Notes under the pieces: model-generated
Database searches by the model: none
The model's input: the letters and a program-made list of their open reading frames with translations, nothing else
Told to the model about the DNA's origin: nothing
In this document: piece by piece, positions 15,280 through 23,984 of the stretch
Layout: every line of letters starts with the position of its first letter
Numbering within the stretch: position 1 is the stretch's first letter
Position numbers and translations under genes: made by a program
DNA from: Ruficoccus sp. ZRK36
GTDB lineage: Bacteria > Verrucomicrobiota > Verrucomicrobiia > Opitutales > Cerasicoccaceae
NCBI RefSeq assembly: GCF_019603315.1
Contig: NZ_CP080649.1
Span: forward strand, 1,970,176-1,994,175
Reading direction: 5' to 3'
DNA: 24,000 bases

Positions 15280-16668
15280 ATGCAAGAGATTTTTTCAAAA
15301 AAAATGCATCGGTGGGGTAAACAGGTGCTGGGAGCCCTGAGCCTCTGTCTGATGACGAGTGGCCTGCAGGGGCAAACCGACTTCTTTTGGTACAATGCGA
15401 TTGTTCCGGCTTTTGACGGGGAGCCCAACAGCGAGTTCGCGCAGTTTGACCGCGTGCAGTATGCTTATACTTCGTGGGAGGACCCGTTTAACACGTCTGC
15501 TCCTACAGAGGTGAACACGCCCACGCCGGCCTCCATAAACCCGAGCACGCTGACCACAAACGAGGACGCTGTGCTCGCGCAGATCGGGACGGACACCGCA
15601 TTTATCACCAGCCATCCCGGGATATACAGCTTCTCGGAGTCGATGAGCTTCATTGTCTACGACAATCCTGCTTACAGCCCCGGCCAGGTGATTTTTCAGG
15701 TTAACACGGTGGGAAGTCTGCCGGACCAGGAGGCATTCATTTACTTCCGTGAGACTGAGGGGGGACCGCTGGTCGGTCCGATCCCTTACACCCATATCGG
15801 ATTCTTGACCGGGGGTGATCCGAACTCCGGAGACGGGCAGGGCATTATGGCCTGGGAGTGGGACCTGAGCGGCTACGACGTGGCTGAGTACTATATTACG
15901 TTCGGTTCATCGGGTACGAGCATGAGCCTGTGGTGGGCGACGCTGGACACCTGGGATGGTTTCTCGGCTGAGCTCAGTAACGCCATCTTCCCGAAGACCA
16001 ACACGAATTTCGCTACCGGAGCCGTTGGTTCCGTCGAGCACGAGCTCTCGGGTGGCGGTGGCCCCCGGATTACCTATGAGCCGGGCGATGAGGTGGTGCT
16101 GACCGCTGTCGCTGAGGATGGCTGGGTCTTCGTTCGCTGGACGGGCGATGTCAACTCTACCAGCTCTTCCATCGTGACGACGATCGACGGCAACCTCGAC
16201 GTGAAGGCTATTTTCGCGCCCCAGACCTACGATAAGTGGAAGGAAAACATTATCCTGCCCGCGTTTACCGGCAGCAACCCCGTGGTGAATGGTGCCCGTG
16301 ATGCCGACCCGAACCGGAACGGCCTCGTCAACATCCTCGAATACGCCTTTGGCGGCACTCCTGAGGAGATCAGCACCCCGGAGGCCTTCCCGGTGGCCGG
16401 TGTCACAGAGGATGGTAAGCACTTGACCCTGACCTACCGGCAGCAGCCGGAGGCGACCGACCTGACCTACCACGCCATGGTCTCAAATGATCTCGAAAGC
16501 TGGAACTACAACGGCGACGGCTCCGAGCAGACCTATACCTCCATCGATATTTCCCCCTCCATCAACGAAGATGGGACACAGACCGTTATTGTTACCGACC
16601 TGACCGACCTAAGCACCCTGCCGGCTGGAACCAACCGGCAGATGCGCCTCCAAGTGATCCTGGAATAA
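15280..16668 (+). CDS. Secreted multidomain protein: unknown N-terminal domain, divergent InlB B-repeat-like domain, Asp-rich calcium-binding-like motif
   Basis: 462 aa with a signal-like N-terminus (an alternative ATG lies at 15304). GDEVVLTAVAEDGWVFVRWTGDVNSTSSSIVTTIDGNLDVKAIFAP fits the divergent InlB B-repeat pattern. DADPNRNGLVNILEYAFGGTPE is a thrombospondin-type-3/dockerin-like motif. Confidence 0.75.
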   Translation: MQEIFSKKMHRWGKQVLGALSLCLMTSGLQGQTDFFWYNAIVPAFDGEPNSEFAQFDRVQYAYTSWEDPFNTSAPTEVNTPTPASINPSTLTTNEDAVLAQIGTDTAFITSHPGIYSFSESMSFIVYDNPAYSPGQVIFQVNTVGSLPDQEAFIYFRETEGGPLVGPIPYTHIGFLTGGDPNSGDGQGIMAWEWDLSGYDVAEYYITFGSSGTSMSLWWATLDTWDGFSAELSNAIFPKTNTNFATGAVGSVEHELSGGGGPRITYEPGDEVVLTAVAEDGWVFVRWTGDVNSTSSSIVTTIDGNLDVKAIFAPQTYDKWKENIILPAFTGSNPVVNGARDADPNRNGLVNILEYAFGGTPEEISTPEAFPVAGVTEDGKHLTLTYRQQPEATDLTYHAMVSNDLESWNYNGDGSEQTYTSIDISPSINEDGTQTVIVTDLTDLSTLPAGTNRQMRLQVILE

Positions 16669-16685
16669 TTCAGCAAAACCGAAGA

Positions 16686-17567
16686 ATGAGTAACAATACG
16701 TCTATTATCCGCCGGGCCCGTAAGGGTCTGAGTCTGGTCGAGTTGATGGTCGCCGTCGCGGTGATCGGACTGCTCAGTAGCCTGACCTTTGCTGTCAGTA
16801 CCAAAGTCAGTGAACACGCCGCGTTGACCAATGAGTCTGCTGTGGCCCGCAACATGGTGACCGCTTTCCTGCTATTTCCGCAGGATAATAATGGGGCACT
16901 GATGCGAGGTAAGGGGACCGAGCCGCGCAAGAACATTACCGGGTTCGACGGGCTGAGCCTGGATCCGGGCGAGGAGTCGGCCATGCGCTGGCCCTGGAAG
17001 CTTGCCAACCAGATGCCGGGTGGCGCCCAGGACCTGTTTACGAGCGCGCATCAGGACTACTATGCTTACCTGCGGGAGCGCCATGATGCCTACGGGATCA
17101 GCCTGACGCCTTCTCTCGGTTTGAACATGGTCTTTGTGGGCGGTAACTTCCGCAGCAGTACACTCTCGCCGCAGGCCGTGACCTATGCCAGCCGCCGTGA
17201 CCGGGAGGGGACCCCGACTTTTCCCAATGACTACTGTGTCACCCGTCCGAATATTGCCTACAAGCCCAGCGAGTTGATCGTCTTCGTGTCCACCTTCAGT
17301 GAGTATGCGGAGAACTGGGAGGATATCGGCTACTATATCGCAAATGCGCCCATCACGCCGGACGGCATGCGCTGGGGCAGCTACAATGAGGATATCCCGG
17401 CGAACATGGGCTTTGTCCATCTGCGTCACAACGAAAAGGCAGTGGTCGCCATGCTTGATGGCAGTGTCGGCCTGATGGGCGAAGACGAGCTGCGCGACAT
17501 GCGCCACTGGTCAAACCAGGCTGCTCGTTATGATGACGCGAATTTTGAGAATTTTAGCCGGAACTAA
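16686..17567 (+). CDS. Prepilin-type N-terminal cleavage/methylation domain protein with H-X9-DG motif (second orphan pseudopilin-like gene)
   Basis: 293 aa. RKG|LSLVELMVAVAVIGLLSSL is a class III signal with Glu at +5. HNEKAVVAMLDG is an exact H-X9-DG motif. It starts 17 nt after the preceding gene, so the two are probably co-transcribed. Confidence 0.8.
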   Translation: MSNNTSIIRRARKGLSLVELMVAVAVIGLLSSLTFAVSTKVSEHAALTNESAVARNMVTAFLLFPQDNNGALMRGKGTEPRKNITGFDGLSLDPGEESAMRWPWKLANQMPGGAQDLFTSAHQDYYAYLRERHDAYGISLTPSLGLNMVFVGGNFRSSTLSPQAVTYASRRDREGTPTFPNDYCVTRPNIAYKPSELIVFVSTFSEYAENWEDIGYYIANAPITPDGMRWGSYNEDIPANMGFVHLRHNEKAVVAMLDGSVGLMGEDELRDMRHWSNQAARYDDANFENFSRN

Positions 17568-17640
17568 GTGATATACAGATGCGTCTCAGTTGATGCATCC
17601 TTTTCGGATGTGGCAGCTATGAGATAGGAAAGTTGTTATT

Positions 17641-17677
17641 TTCTTAAAATATTAAGAAATAATTTGCTGAATTTGCT
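17641..17677. promoter_or_regulatory. AT-rich patch with a 7-4-7 palindrome TTCTTAA-AATA-TTAAGAA and a tandem AATTTGCT-G-AATTTGCT repeat
   Basis: Read directly from the sequence. It is strongly AT-rich against the GC-rich background and lies in a convergent intergenic region. Confidence 0.3.
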
Positions 17678-17690
17678 TTTTTGTGGAACC

Positions 17691-17706
17691 TTTGACGCAC
17701 GTCAAA
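17691..17706. promoter_or_regulatory. Perfect 16-bp palindrome TTTGACG-CA-CGTCAAA (FNR/CRP-type half-site spacing)
   Basis: Perfect 7-2-7 inverted repeat. It shares the 12-bp core TGACGCACGTCA with 7901-7912. Confidence 0.35.
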
Positions 17707-17741
17707 GTCAGAACTTTCCAGAATACGAGTTTTAGCAAGGA

Positions 17742-17766
17742 GTTCCGGCCTTATCCGGAACGTTTT
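17742..17766 (+). terminator. Plus-strand terminator-like hairpin in the intergenic island
   Basis: Stem GTTCCGG/CCGGAAC (7 bp, 6-nt loop) followed by GTTTTG. Confidence 0.4.
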
Positions 17767-17782
17767 GGGGTAGAAACAGATG

Positions 17783-17822
17783 CCGCCATTCCCGCAAGGG
17801 GATGGCGGTTATCATTTATATA
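17783..17822 (+). terminator. Plus-strand 11-bp hairpin with GNRA (GCAA) loop followed by a T/A-rich tail
   Basis: Stem CCGCCATTCCC-GCAA-GGGGATGGCGG (one G-U pair) followed by TTATCATTTATATA. Confidence 0.4.
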
Positions 17823-17918
17823 GGCCGGGAAAGAGCCGTGGTGGACGGGCTGGCCTTCCGGGAGTGAAGGGTGGGGAGACGCTCTTTCTGTTGGGGCCTG
17901 CGGGTCTACTCTCCGGGC

Positions 17919-17951
17919 ACAAAAAAACGGCGCTCCATGGGGAGCGCCGTT
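17919..17951 (-). terminator. Rho-independent terminator of glnII
   Basis: Perfect 11-bp stem AACGGCGCTCC/GGAGCGCCGTT with a 4-nt loop. The minus strand continues with TTTTTTTG, about 30 nt after the glnII stop. Confidence 0.8.
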
Positions 17952-17981
17952 GGAAAGCTAAGTAAGCTAGAGGACCAGACC

Positions 17982-18992
17982 TTAGGCGGTCGGGACTTCC
18001 GCGATCGTCTTGAGGACGCGGGAGCAGATCCGGTAGGGGTCGCCCTGCGAGTTCGGACGGCGGTCTTCCAGGTAGCCCTTGTAGTCGTTCTTGACGAAGC
18101 TGTGCGGGACACGGATGGAGGCACCACGGTCAGCCACACCCCAGGAGAACTTGTCGATCGACTGGGTTTCGTGCAGACCGGTCAGACGCATGTGGTTGTC
18201 CGGGCCGTAGGCAGCGATGTGCTCGTCCTTGTTCTTTTCGAAGGCGTCCATCAGCTTGAGGAAGTACTCCTTACCGCCGACAGTGCGGAGGTATTCGGTC
18301 GAGAAGTTGCAGTGCATGCCGGAGCCGTTCCAGTCGCCCTGGAAGGGCTTACAGTGGTACTCAACGACGACTTCGTACTTTTCGCAGAGGCGCTCGAGCA
18401 GGTAGCGGGCGACCCAGATGTCGTCAGCACACTTCTTGGAGCCCTTGGCGAAGACCTGGAATTCCCACTGGCCCTTGGCCACTTCGGCGTTGATACCTTC
18501 GTGGTTGATGCCAGCTTCGATGCAGAGCTCAAGGTGTTCGTCCACGATAGCGCGGGCGATGCTGCCAACGTTTTCGTAGCCCACGCCGGTGTAGTATTCA
18601 CCCTGCGGGTTCGGGTAGCCGGATTCCGGCCAGCCCAGAGGACGACCGTCTTGGAAGAGGAAGTATTCTTGCTCGAGGCCGAACCATGCATTTTCGTCGT
18701 CTTCGATCGTGGCACGCATGTTGGTCGGGTGCGGGGTGCCGTCGGGGAGCATAACCTCACACATCACGATAAAGGCGTCATTGCGGCCGGCATCGGGATA
18801 CAGGGCGACAGGCTTGAGCACGCAGTCAGAGCTGCTGCCTTCGGCCTGCTTGGTCGAACTGCCGTCAAAACCCCACTCAGGGCAATCTTCGACGCTCTTG
18901 GGCGCTTCGCTGGCGAGGCGGGTTTTACCACGGAGATTCGGCACGGGCGTGTAGCCGTCGAGCCAAATGTATTCTAGCTTGTATTTTGTCAT
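17982..18992 (-). CDS. glnII: Glutamine synthetase type II (eukaryote-like GSII)
   Basis: 336 aa, near-collinear with rhizobial GlnII: MTKYKLEYIWLDGYTP, WGFDGSSTKQAEGSSSDCVLKP, GINHEGINAEVAKGQWEFQ, GSGMHCNFS, VADRGASIRVP, YLEDRRPNSQGDPY. Confidence 0.95.
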   Translation of the reverse strand: MTKYKLEYIWLDGYTPVPNLRGKTRLASEAPKSVEDCPEWGFDGSSTKQAEGSSSDCVLKPVALYPDAGRNDAFIVMCEVMLPDGTPHPTNMRATIEDDENAWFGLEQEYFLFQDGRPLGWPESGYPNPQGEYYTGVGYENVGSIARAIVDEHLELCIEAGINHEGINAEVAKGQWEFQVFAKGSKKCADDIWVARYLLERLCEKYEVVVEYHCKPFQGDWNGSGMHCNFSTEYLRTVGGKEYFLKLMDAFEKNKDEHIAAYGPDNHMRLTGLHETQSIDKFSWGVADRGASIRVPHSFVKNDYKGYLEDRRPNSQGDPYRICSRVLKTIAEVPTA

Positions 18993-19116
18993 GGGTTATT
19001 ATGTGTTCGAAGCAGTTGGTTGACCGGGACAGCTATATGGTCCCTTTCTCTTTAGATTGAGGGTCAGGAAGTTTCAGCAGAAGCGGTGCCAGTTTGTCAA
19101 TTTGGTAAATTTTTTC

Positions 19117-19569
19117 ATGCACGATATTAAGGACACTAAACAGGCCAGTGTGAGAATTACATACGATGGCCGCGTCCACAAGCGCTACCGTGGCCCGATG
19201 GCCCGCCAGCGCTACGAAAACGAAGTCCGGGTGCTGCGTTACCTGGAAAAAAAGGGCTGCGACTACGTCCCGCGCCTCCTGCATGCCGACCCCGACGAGG
19301 GCGATGGCTACATCGTCACCACCAACTGCGGTAAAGTGGTGGACAAGATCGCCTCAGAAAAAGCCGACGCGCTGTTTAAAGAGCTGGAAGATAAATATGG
19401 GGTGCGCCACGAGGACCGCTTTCCGCGCAACATCACCTACAACGACTGGACGGGTAAGTTTAACGTCATCGACTTCGAGTTTGCCACTATCCTGGAAAGC
19501 GGTGAAGGGCTGACGCTGGAGGAGGTCCAGGAGCACCGTGCAGGCGAAGGATGGGAGCGTAAGGACTGA
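19117..19569 (+). CDS. Minimal protein-kinase-like (PKL) fold protein, ~150 aa
   Basis: Track ORF 19057..19569 opens on TTG; the first ATG is at 19117. It has a beta3-type Lys (RVHKRY), an alphaC-type Glu (YENEVRVLRYL), a catalytic loop HEDRFPRN (H-x-D-x4-N) and a metal-binding IDFEFA 14 residues after the Asn. There is no Gly-rich loop and only about 30 aa follow the DFG-equivalent. Confidence 0.6.
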   Translation: MHDIKDTKQASVRITYDGRVHKRYRGPMARQRYENEVRVLRYLEKKGCDYVPRLLHADPDEGDGYIVTTNCGKVVDKIASEKADALFKELEDKYGVRHEDRFPRNITYNDWTGKFNVIDFEFATILESGEGLTLEEVQEHRAGEGWERKD

Positions 19570-19570
19570 G

Positions 19571-20407
19571 ATGAGCGAATCAACGGCCAGCCCTGAAACC
19601 CTCCGCTTATCCTGGTCCGGCATGACTCATCCGGGCCGGTTTCGCAAAAATAACGAAGATGCCTTTTTAGCGCTGACCGTCGACCCCCAGGAGATGCGCC
19701 TGCTGGGTAAAGATGGCTCCGCACCGATGGACGGCTGCGACTTTATCTTTGCCGTCAGTGACGGCATGGGGGGTGCCAACGCCGGTGAGTTTGCCAGCCG
19801 GGTAGCCATTGACCGGATTTCGCACACTCTGCCGCGCAGCTTCTGGCTCGGAGCCATGGGGATGCGCCGTGGGGCCGGTGAGTGGCTGGATAATCTTTTT
19901 ACCGAGATCCATGCCGAGATGGGTAAAATGAGCCTTGTCTACCCGGAGTGCCGCGGGATGGGTGCCACCCTGAGCATGTGCTGGTTTGCGCCGGGGCGGA
20001 TGACCTTTGCCCATGTCGGTGACAGTCGCATCTACTACATGCCAAAGGACGGCGAGCTTCGCCAGATCAGCGAAGACCATACCCATGTCGGCTGGCTCCT
20101 GCGCACGGGGCAGATCACGGAGTCGCAGGCTCGTTTTCATCCCGGTAAGAGCGGCCTCCAGCAGGTGCTCGGCGGTAACGTCAGTAACCCTGATCCGCAG
20201 ATCGGCGCCGTTGACTACGAGCCGGGGGATGTCTTTGTCCTGACGACTGATGGCATCACCGACGGGCTTTCGCGGCCCGGCATCGAGGGAGTGGTCAAAA
20301 CGGGTCCCAAGAACGGCAAGACCCTTTCGCGCCTCCTGATCGACGAGGCGATGTTCAACTCCGGCCGCGATAACCTCACCGCCCTCGTCATCGAGATCGC
20401 GGAGTGA
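19571..20407 (+). CDS. PP2C-family Ser/Thr protein phosphatase
   Basis: Motifs RKNNEDAF, FAVSDGMGGANAGEFAS, GATLS, HVGDSRIY, LTTDGITDGL and DNLTALVIEI. The ATG at 19571 lies 1 nt after the kinase-like stop. An alternative GTG at 19538 would overlap that gene by 32 nt. Confidence 0.9.
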   Translation: MSESTASPETLRLSWSGMTHPGRFRKNNEDAFLALTVDPQEMRLLGKDGSAPMDGCDFIFAVSDGMGGANAGEFASRVAIDRISHTLPRSFWLGAMGMRRGAGEWLDNLFTEIHAEMGKMSLVYPECRGMGATLSMCWFAPGRMTFAHVGDSRIYYMPKDGELRQISEDHTHVGWLLRTGQITESQARFHPGKSGLQQVLGGNVSNPDPQIGAVDYEPGDVFVLTTDGITDGLSRPGIEGVVKTGPKNGKTLSRLLIDEAMFNSGRDNLTALVIEIAE

Positions 20408-20519
20408 GGTGGAATGGAGAGGCGGGGCTACGCCTGATTGTCCCGTGCGGTCACGCACCCAGGGGCAGCGAACGCAGTGAGCGATGGGGTGGAACCCCAT
20501 CAATGCTGATCCAGCCGGA

Positions 20520-21326
20520 TTAACCGAAGCGGCCGCTGACGTAGGCCTCGGTTTGGGGGTCTTTGGGGTTCATAAAGATGGCCTCGGTTACGTTGTGCTC
20601 GACGAGGCGCCCCAGATAGAAAAATGCGGTGTGGTCGCTGACGCGGGCTGCCTGCTGCATATTATGGGTCACGATGACGATCGTATAGTCCAGCCGCAGG
20701 GAGTGGATCAGCTCCTCGACCTTGGAGGTGGCGACGGGGTCGAGCGCCGAGCAGGGCTCGTCCATGAGCAGGATTTCCGGCTCCACGGCGAGGGCGCGAG
20801 CGATACACAGGCGCTGTTGCTGGCCACCTGAGAGGGTCATCGCGCTGTCGTTGAGACGGTCTTTTACCTCGTCCCACAGAGCGGCCGCGCGGAGGCACTT
20901 CTCGACGGTTTCGTCGAGCCGGTCGCGGTGATGAACCCCCTGGATGCGCATCCCGTAGGCGATATTGTCGTAGATCGACTTGGGGAAGGGGTTGGACTTC
21001 TGGAAGACCATCCCGACCTTTTTGCGCAGCTCGATGACATCGATGCTGCGGTCGTAGATGTCGTAGCCGCCGATCAGGATGCGCCCACCGGCTACGCGGG
21101 CGGAGTCGGTGAGATCGTTGAGGCGGTTGAGGCAGCGCAGCAGGGTGGTCTTACCACAGCCGGAGGGGCCGATTAGGGCCGTCACACTGTTCGGGTTTAC
21201 GGTCAGATTGATGTCCTTGAGCGCCTGATTCTGCCCGTAGTAGAAGTCGAAGTGCTCGATCTTGATCAGCGTCTCTGGCTGCTCCTGAGGGGCGGCGTCC
21301 GGGTTTGCTGTCGGGGAGGATTCCAT
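20520..21326 (-). CDS. pstB: Phosphate ABC transporter ATP-binding protein
   Basis: 268 aa. [53 protein letters not shown], and the typical PstB C-terminus [10 protein letters not shown]. Confidence 0.95.
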   Translation of the reverse strand: MESSPTANPDAAPQEQPETLIKIEHFDFYYGQNQALKDINLTVNPNSVTALIGPSGCGKTTLLRCLNRLNDLTDSARVAGGRILIGGYDIYDRSIDVIELRKKVGMVFQKSNPFPKSIYDNIAYGMRIQGVHHRDRLDETVEKCLRAAALWDEVKDRLNDSAMTLSGGQQQRLCIARALAVEPEILLMDEPCSALDPVATSKVEELIHSLRLDYTIVIVTHNMQQAARVSDHTAFFYLGRLVEHNVTEAIFMNPKDPQTEAYVSGRFG

Positions 21327-21341
21327 GGGAGCGATAAAGGA

Positions 21342-22397
21342 TTACCAGTTGTGGCGGGAGCGGATCTTGATCCGCAGTAGGATGGAGGTCAACGCCATGA
21401 CGGCGACGATGATCAGAAAGACAAAGGCCGTGCCGTACTGCATGCGCTCGGTGTAGGCGTTCTGCGGGAGCTTGGCGCTGACGACATAGAGGTGGTAGGG
21501 CAGGGCCATCACACCCTGGAAGAAAAAGTCGTACCAATGGTCGAGCCCCTCCCAGGGGAGCTGGTCGCGCAGCAGGTAGGCGGCGGTGAACATGATGGGA
21601 GCGGTTTCTCCGGCCACCCGGGCGATGCCGAGAATAGACGAGGTGAGGATACCCGGCAGGGCGTAGGGCAGCACGCTGGTCCGGATCATGGTCCAGCGGG
21701 TGGCGCCGAGTGCCAGAGAGGCTTCCCGGAATCCCGTGGGCACGCTGCGCAGGGCCTCCTCACTGGCAGAGATGATAACCGGGAGCACCATAAAGGCCAG
21801 GGTGAACCACCCCGCCAGGAGCGAGATATTCCAGTCCAGGAAAATCACGAACAGCCCGAAGCCGAACAGCCCGTACACGATTGACGGCACACCCGCCAAG
21901 TTGAGGATGGACAGGCGGATGAGGCGCAGCAGCGGGCCGCTGCTGCCGTACTCGCTCAGGAAGATCGCGCTGGCGATACCCAGCAGCATGGCGATGGTCA
22001 TGGCACCGGCCACAAGAAGCAGGGTGCCGATAATCGCCGGGAAAATACCGCCACCGGCATGCGCATAGGTGCGGTCCGGCGGGGGAGTGAGGCCGTTTGC
22101 CTCGTAGGTGGCCCGGAACTGCGAGTCGCTCAGCTCGTGGGTCTTGCCGTCGGCTTCAAAGACATGGAGCGTCTCCGGGGCCTGGGTGAGGAACTCCACG
22201 TTGATGTACGGCCACTCGGCCTGGAAAACCGCCTGCGAGCCCTTGATGGCAATCGTCAGAAGAATCGTCGATATGCACAGCAGGATAAAGTACGTCAGCC
22301 CCCGCAGTCCCCAGCGCACCACCAGCTCGACCCGCCGCGTGGTCGAGGGACGCGGCAGGAACGGGTTGTGGGCTGGCTCTGAGAGGGACGTTTTCAC
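21342..22397 (-). CDS. pstA: Phosphate ABC transporter permease PstA (with extended first periplasmic loop)
   Basis: 351 aa. EAA-loop region [48 protein letters not shown] is of PstA type. Confidence 0.9.
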   Translation of the reverse strand: MKTSLSEPAHNPFLPRPSTTRRVELVVRWGLRGLTYFILLCISTILLTIAIKGSQAVFQAEWPYINVEFLTQAPETLHVFEADGKTHELSDSQFRATYEANGLTPPPDRTYAHAGGGIFPAIIGTLLLVAGAMTIAMLLGIASAIFLSEYGSSGPLLRLIRLSILNLAGVPSIVYGLFGFGLFVIFLDWNISLLAGWFTLAFMVLPVIISASEEALRSVPTGFREASLALGATRWTMIRTSVLPYALPGILTSSILGIARVAGETAPIMFTAAYLLRDQLPWEGLDHWYDFFFQGVMALPYHLYVVSAKLPQNAYTERMQYGTAFVFLIIVAVMALTSILLRIKIRSRHNW

Positions 22398-22415
22398 GGT
22401 GGATGTCGTTGCGGG

Positions 22416-23984
22416 CTATTCGCCCACGCGGGTGTGGTGGAAAATCTTTTGAGCGGCGAAGTTGATCAGCAGGGTGAGCAGGAACAGCACCACCCCCACA
22501 CAGAAAAGCGCGCGGTAGTGGATGCCGCCTTGGGCGACCTCGCCCATCTCCTGGGCGATGATCCCGGTCATGGTATGGACCGGCTGGAAGGCGACGCCCG
22601 GCCCCTCGGTGAAGTCCGGGATGCGGATGCGGTTCCCCGCGCACAGCAGCACCACCATCGTCTCGCCAATGACGCGACCGATGCCGAGCAGGACGGCTGA
22701 GACAATGCCGCTGATGGCGGACGGCACGACGATAAACATGGTGGTCTGGAAGCGCGTCGCACCCAGTGCCAGTGAGGACTCGGCATAGATGCGGGGGACG
22801 CGGTTGATGGCGTCTTCAGACAGGGTGAAAATCGTCGGGATGGCCATCAGCGCGAGCAGGCACCCCGCCGTAAAGGCGTTGAGGCGCTCGGCCACCGGGA
22901 AGCCCGGTAGCCAGTCCAGCCATGGGACTTGCGAGACTTCGCGCACCAGTGTCCCGAAGACCGCGATGCCGAAGAAACCGATCACCACGGACGGGATGGC
23001 GGTGATGAACTCGATGCACGGCTTGATGAAACTGGATTCGCCGCGCCGGGCCATCTGGTTGGTGTAGATGGCTGCGCCCACCCCAAAGGGGATGGCCAGC
23101 AGGATGGCGATGCCGGTGACCATCAGCGAGCCGGTCAGCAGAGGCAGCAGCCCAAACAGGCTGTGCCCGTTGTTGTTCACGATCCAGTGGTCGCCGAACA
23201 GGAAGGCCTTGATCGATTCCATCAGGCCGACATGCTGCTCGGGGCTGGCCTCGGCCAGCGCAGCGGCATAGCGGGGCAGCCCGGCGGCGAAGGCGATCGC
23301 ATTCTGCCGGAAGCTCTCGGCCTCGGAGCGGAGCGCCGGGTCGTTTAGCTCCGGGAACTCTCTCAGCACGCGCAGGATGTCGTTTTCGAGCTGGTTGTTG
23401 AGAGCGGTCAGCTCGGGAAAGCTGGCTTTGATCTGGCTGATCGTGCCTGCGTAGTCGATCTCGTGCTCATGGCCGTCATGAGCGTGGCCCGGCGCATCAC
23501 GGTGCTCGATAGCGTTGGATTTCGCCTCTTTATAGGTCTCCGAGGCGAGGTCGCGCACCTTGATCTGGTAGTTGCGCAGGGGCAGGGAAAGGTCGCTGAA
23601 GCTGTAGATGTAGGCCTGCATGGGGGCCGTTTGCCGGGCAATGTCTTCCCGGCTCAGGCCTTTGCTCTCAAGCGTTTCGATCTGCTGTTTACGGATGTTG
23701 ACGAGCTGCCCGAGCAGGACGTTGAACTGGTTGTGCTCCTGCTTGACGATGGAGGAGTACTCCATCCCGCTGCGGCGGAACAGCTCCATGTCCGAGCGGT
23801 ATTGGGGGAAAAACGACAGGCCTTCACGAAACAGAAAGAAGGTGATCAGCAGCAGGACGATGACCGCCACGATGGCATTACCTCCGAAAAAGGCCTTCAG
23901 CAGTGCCTGCCGACCAACCCCGAGCAGCCGGTCCTCGCGGCGGCGGCTCAGATGAAACTCGGTCTGGGGAGGCGTGGCTTTCAT
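22416..23984 (-). CDS. pstC: Phosphate ABC transporter permease PstC, long form with a ~230-aa insert after TM1
   Basis: 522 aa. The C-terminal core [50 protein letters not shown] is of PstC type. The N-terminal third after TM1 is hydrophilic and helical-looking and contains HRDAPGHAHDGHEHE. Confidence 0.85.
   Translation of the reverse strand: MKATPPQTEFHLSRRREDRLLGVGRQALLKAFFGGNAIVAVIVLLLITFFLFREGLSFFPQYRSDMELFRRSGMEYSSIVKQEHNQFNVLLGQLVNIRKQQIETLESKGLSREDIARQTAPMQAYIYSFSDLSLPLRNYQIKVRDLASETYKEAKSNAIEHRDAPGHAHDGHEHEIDYAGTISQIKASFPELTALNNQLENDILRVLREFPELNDPALRSEAESFRQNAIAFAAGLPRYAAALAEASPEQHVGLMESIKAFLFGDHWIVNNNGHSLFGLLPLLTGSLMVTGIAILLAIPFGVGAAIYTNQMARRGESSFIKPCIEFITAIPSVVIGFFGIAVFGTLVREVSQVPWLDWLPGFPVAERLNAFTAGCLLALMAIPTIFTLSEDAINRVPRIYAESSLALGATRFQTTMFIVVPSAISGIVSAVLLGIGRVIGETMVVLLCAGNRIRIPDFTEGPGVAFQPVHTMTGIIAQEMGEVAQGGIHYRALFCVGVVLFLLTLLINFAAQKIFHHTRVGE

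Noticed and set aside
17683-17699. Sigma-54-like spacing TGGAAC-N..-GC (GG-N10-GC) overlapping the palindrome.
   Set aside because: The -12 element is ACGC rather than TTGC and the -24 element is imperfect. The match rests on dinucleotides only.
17780-17965. 61-aa ORF inside the intergenic island.
   Set aside because: It is Gly/Arg/Pro-rich and low-complexity, it runs through the glnII terminator hairpin, and it has no hydrophobic or recognisable features.
20483-20501. Hairpin GATGGGG-TGGAA-CCCCATC between the PP2C gene and pstB as a shared terminator.
   Set aside because: It has a 7-bp stem but no U-tract on either strand. It is plausible but not strong enough to list as a feature.
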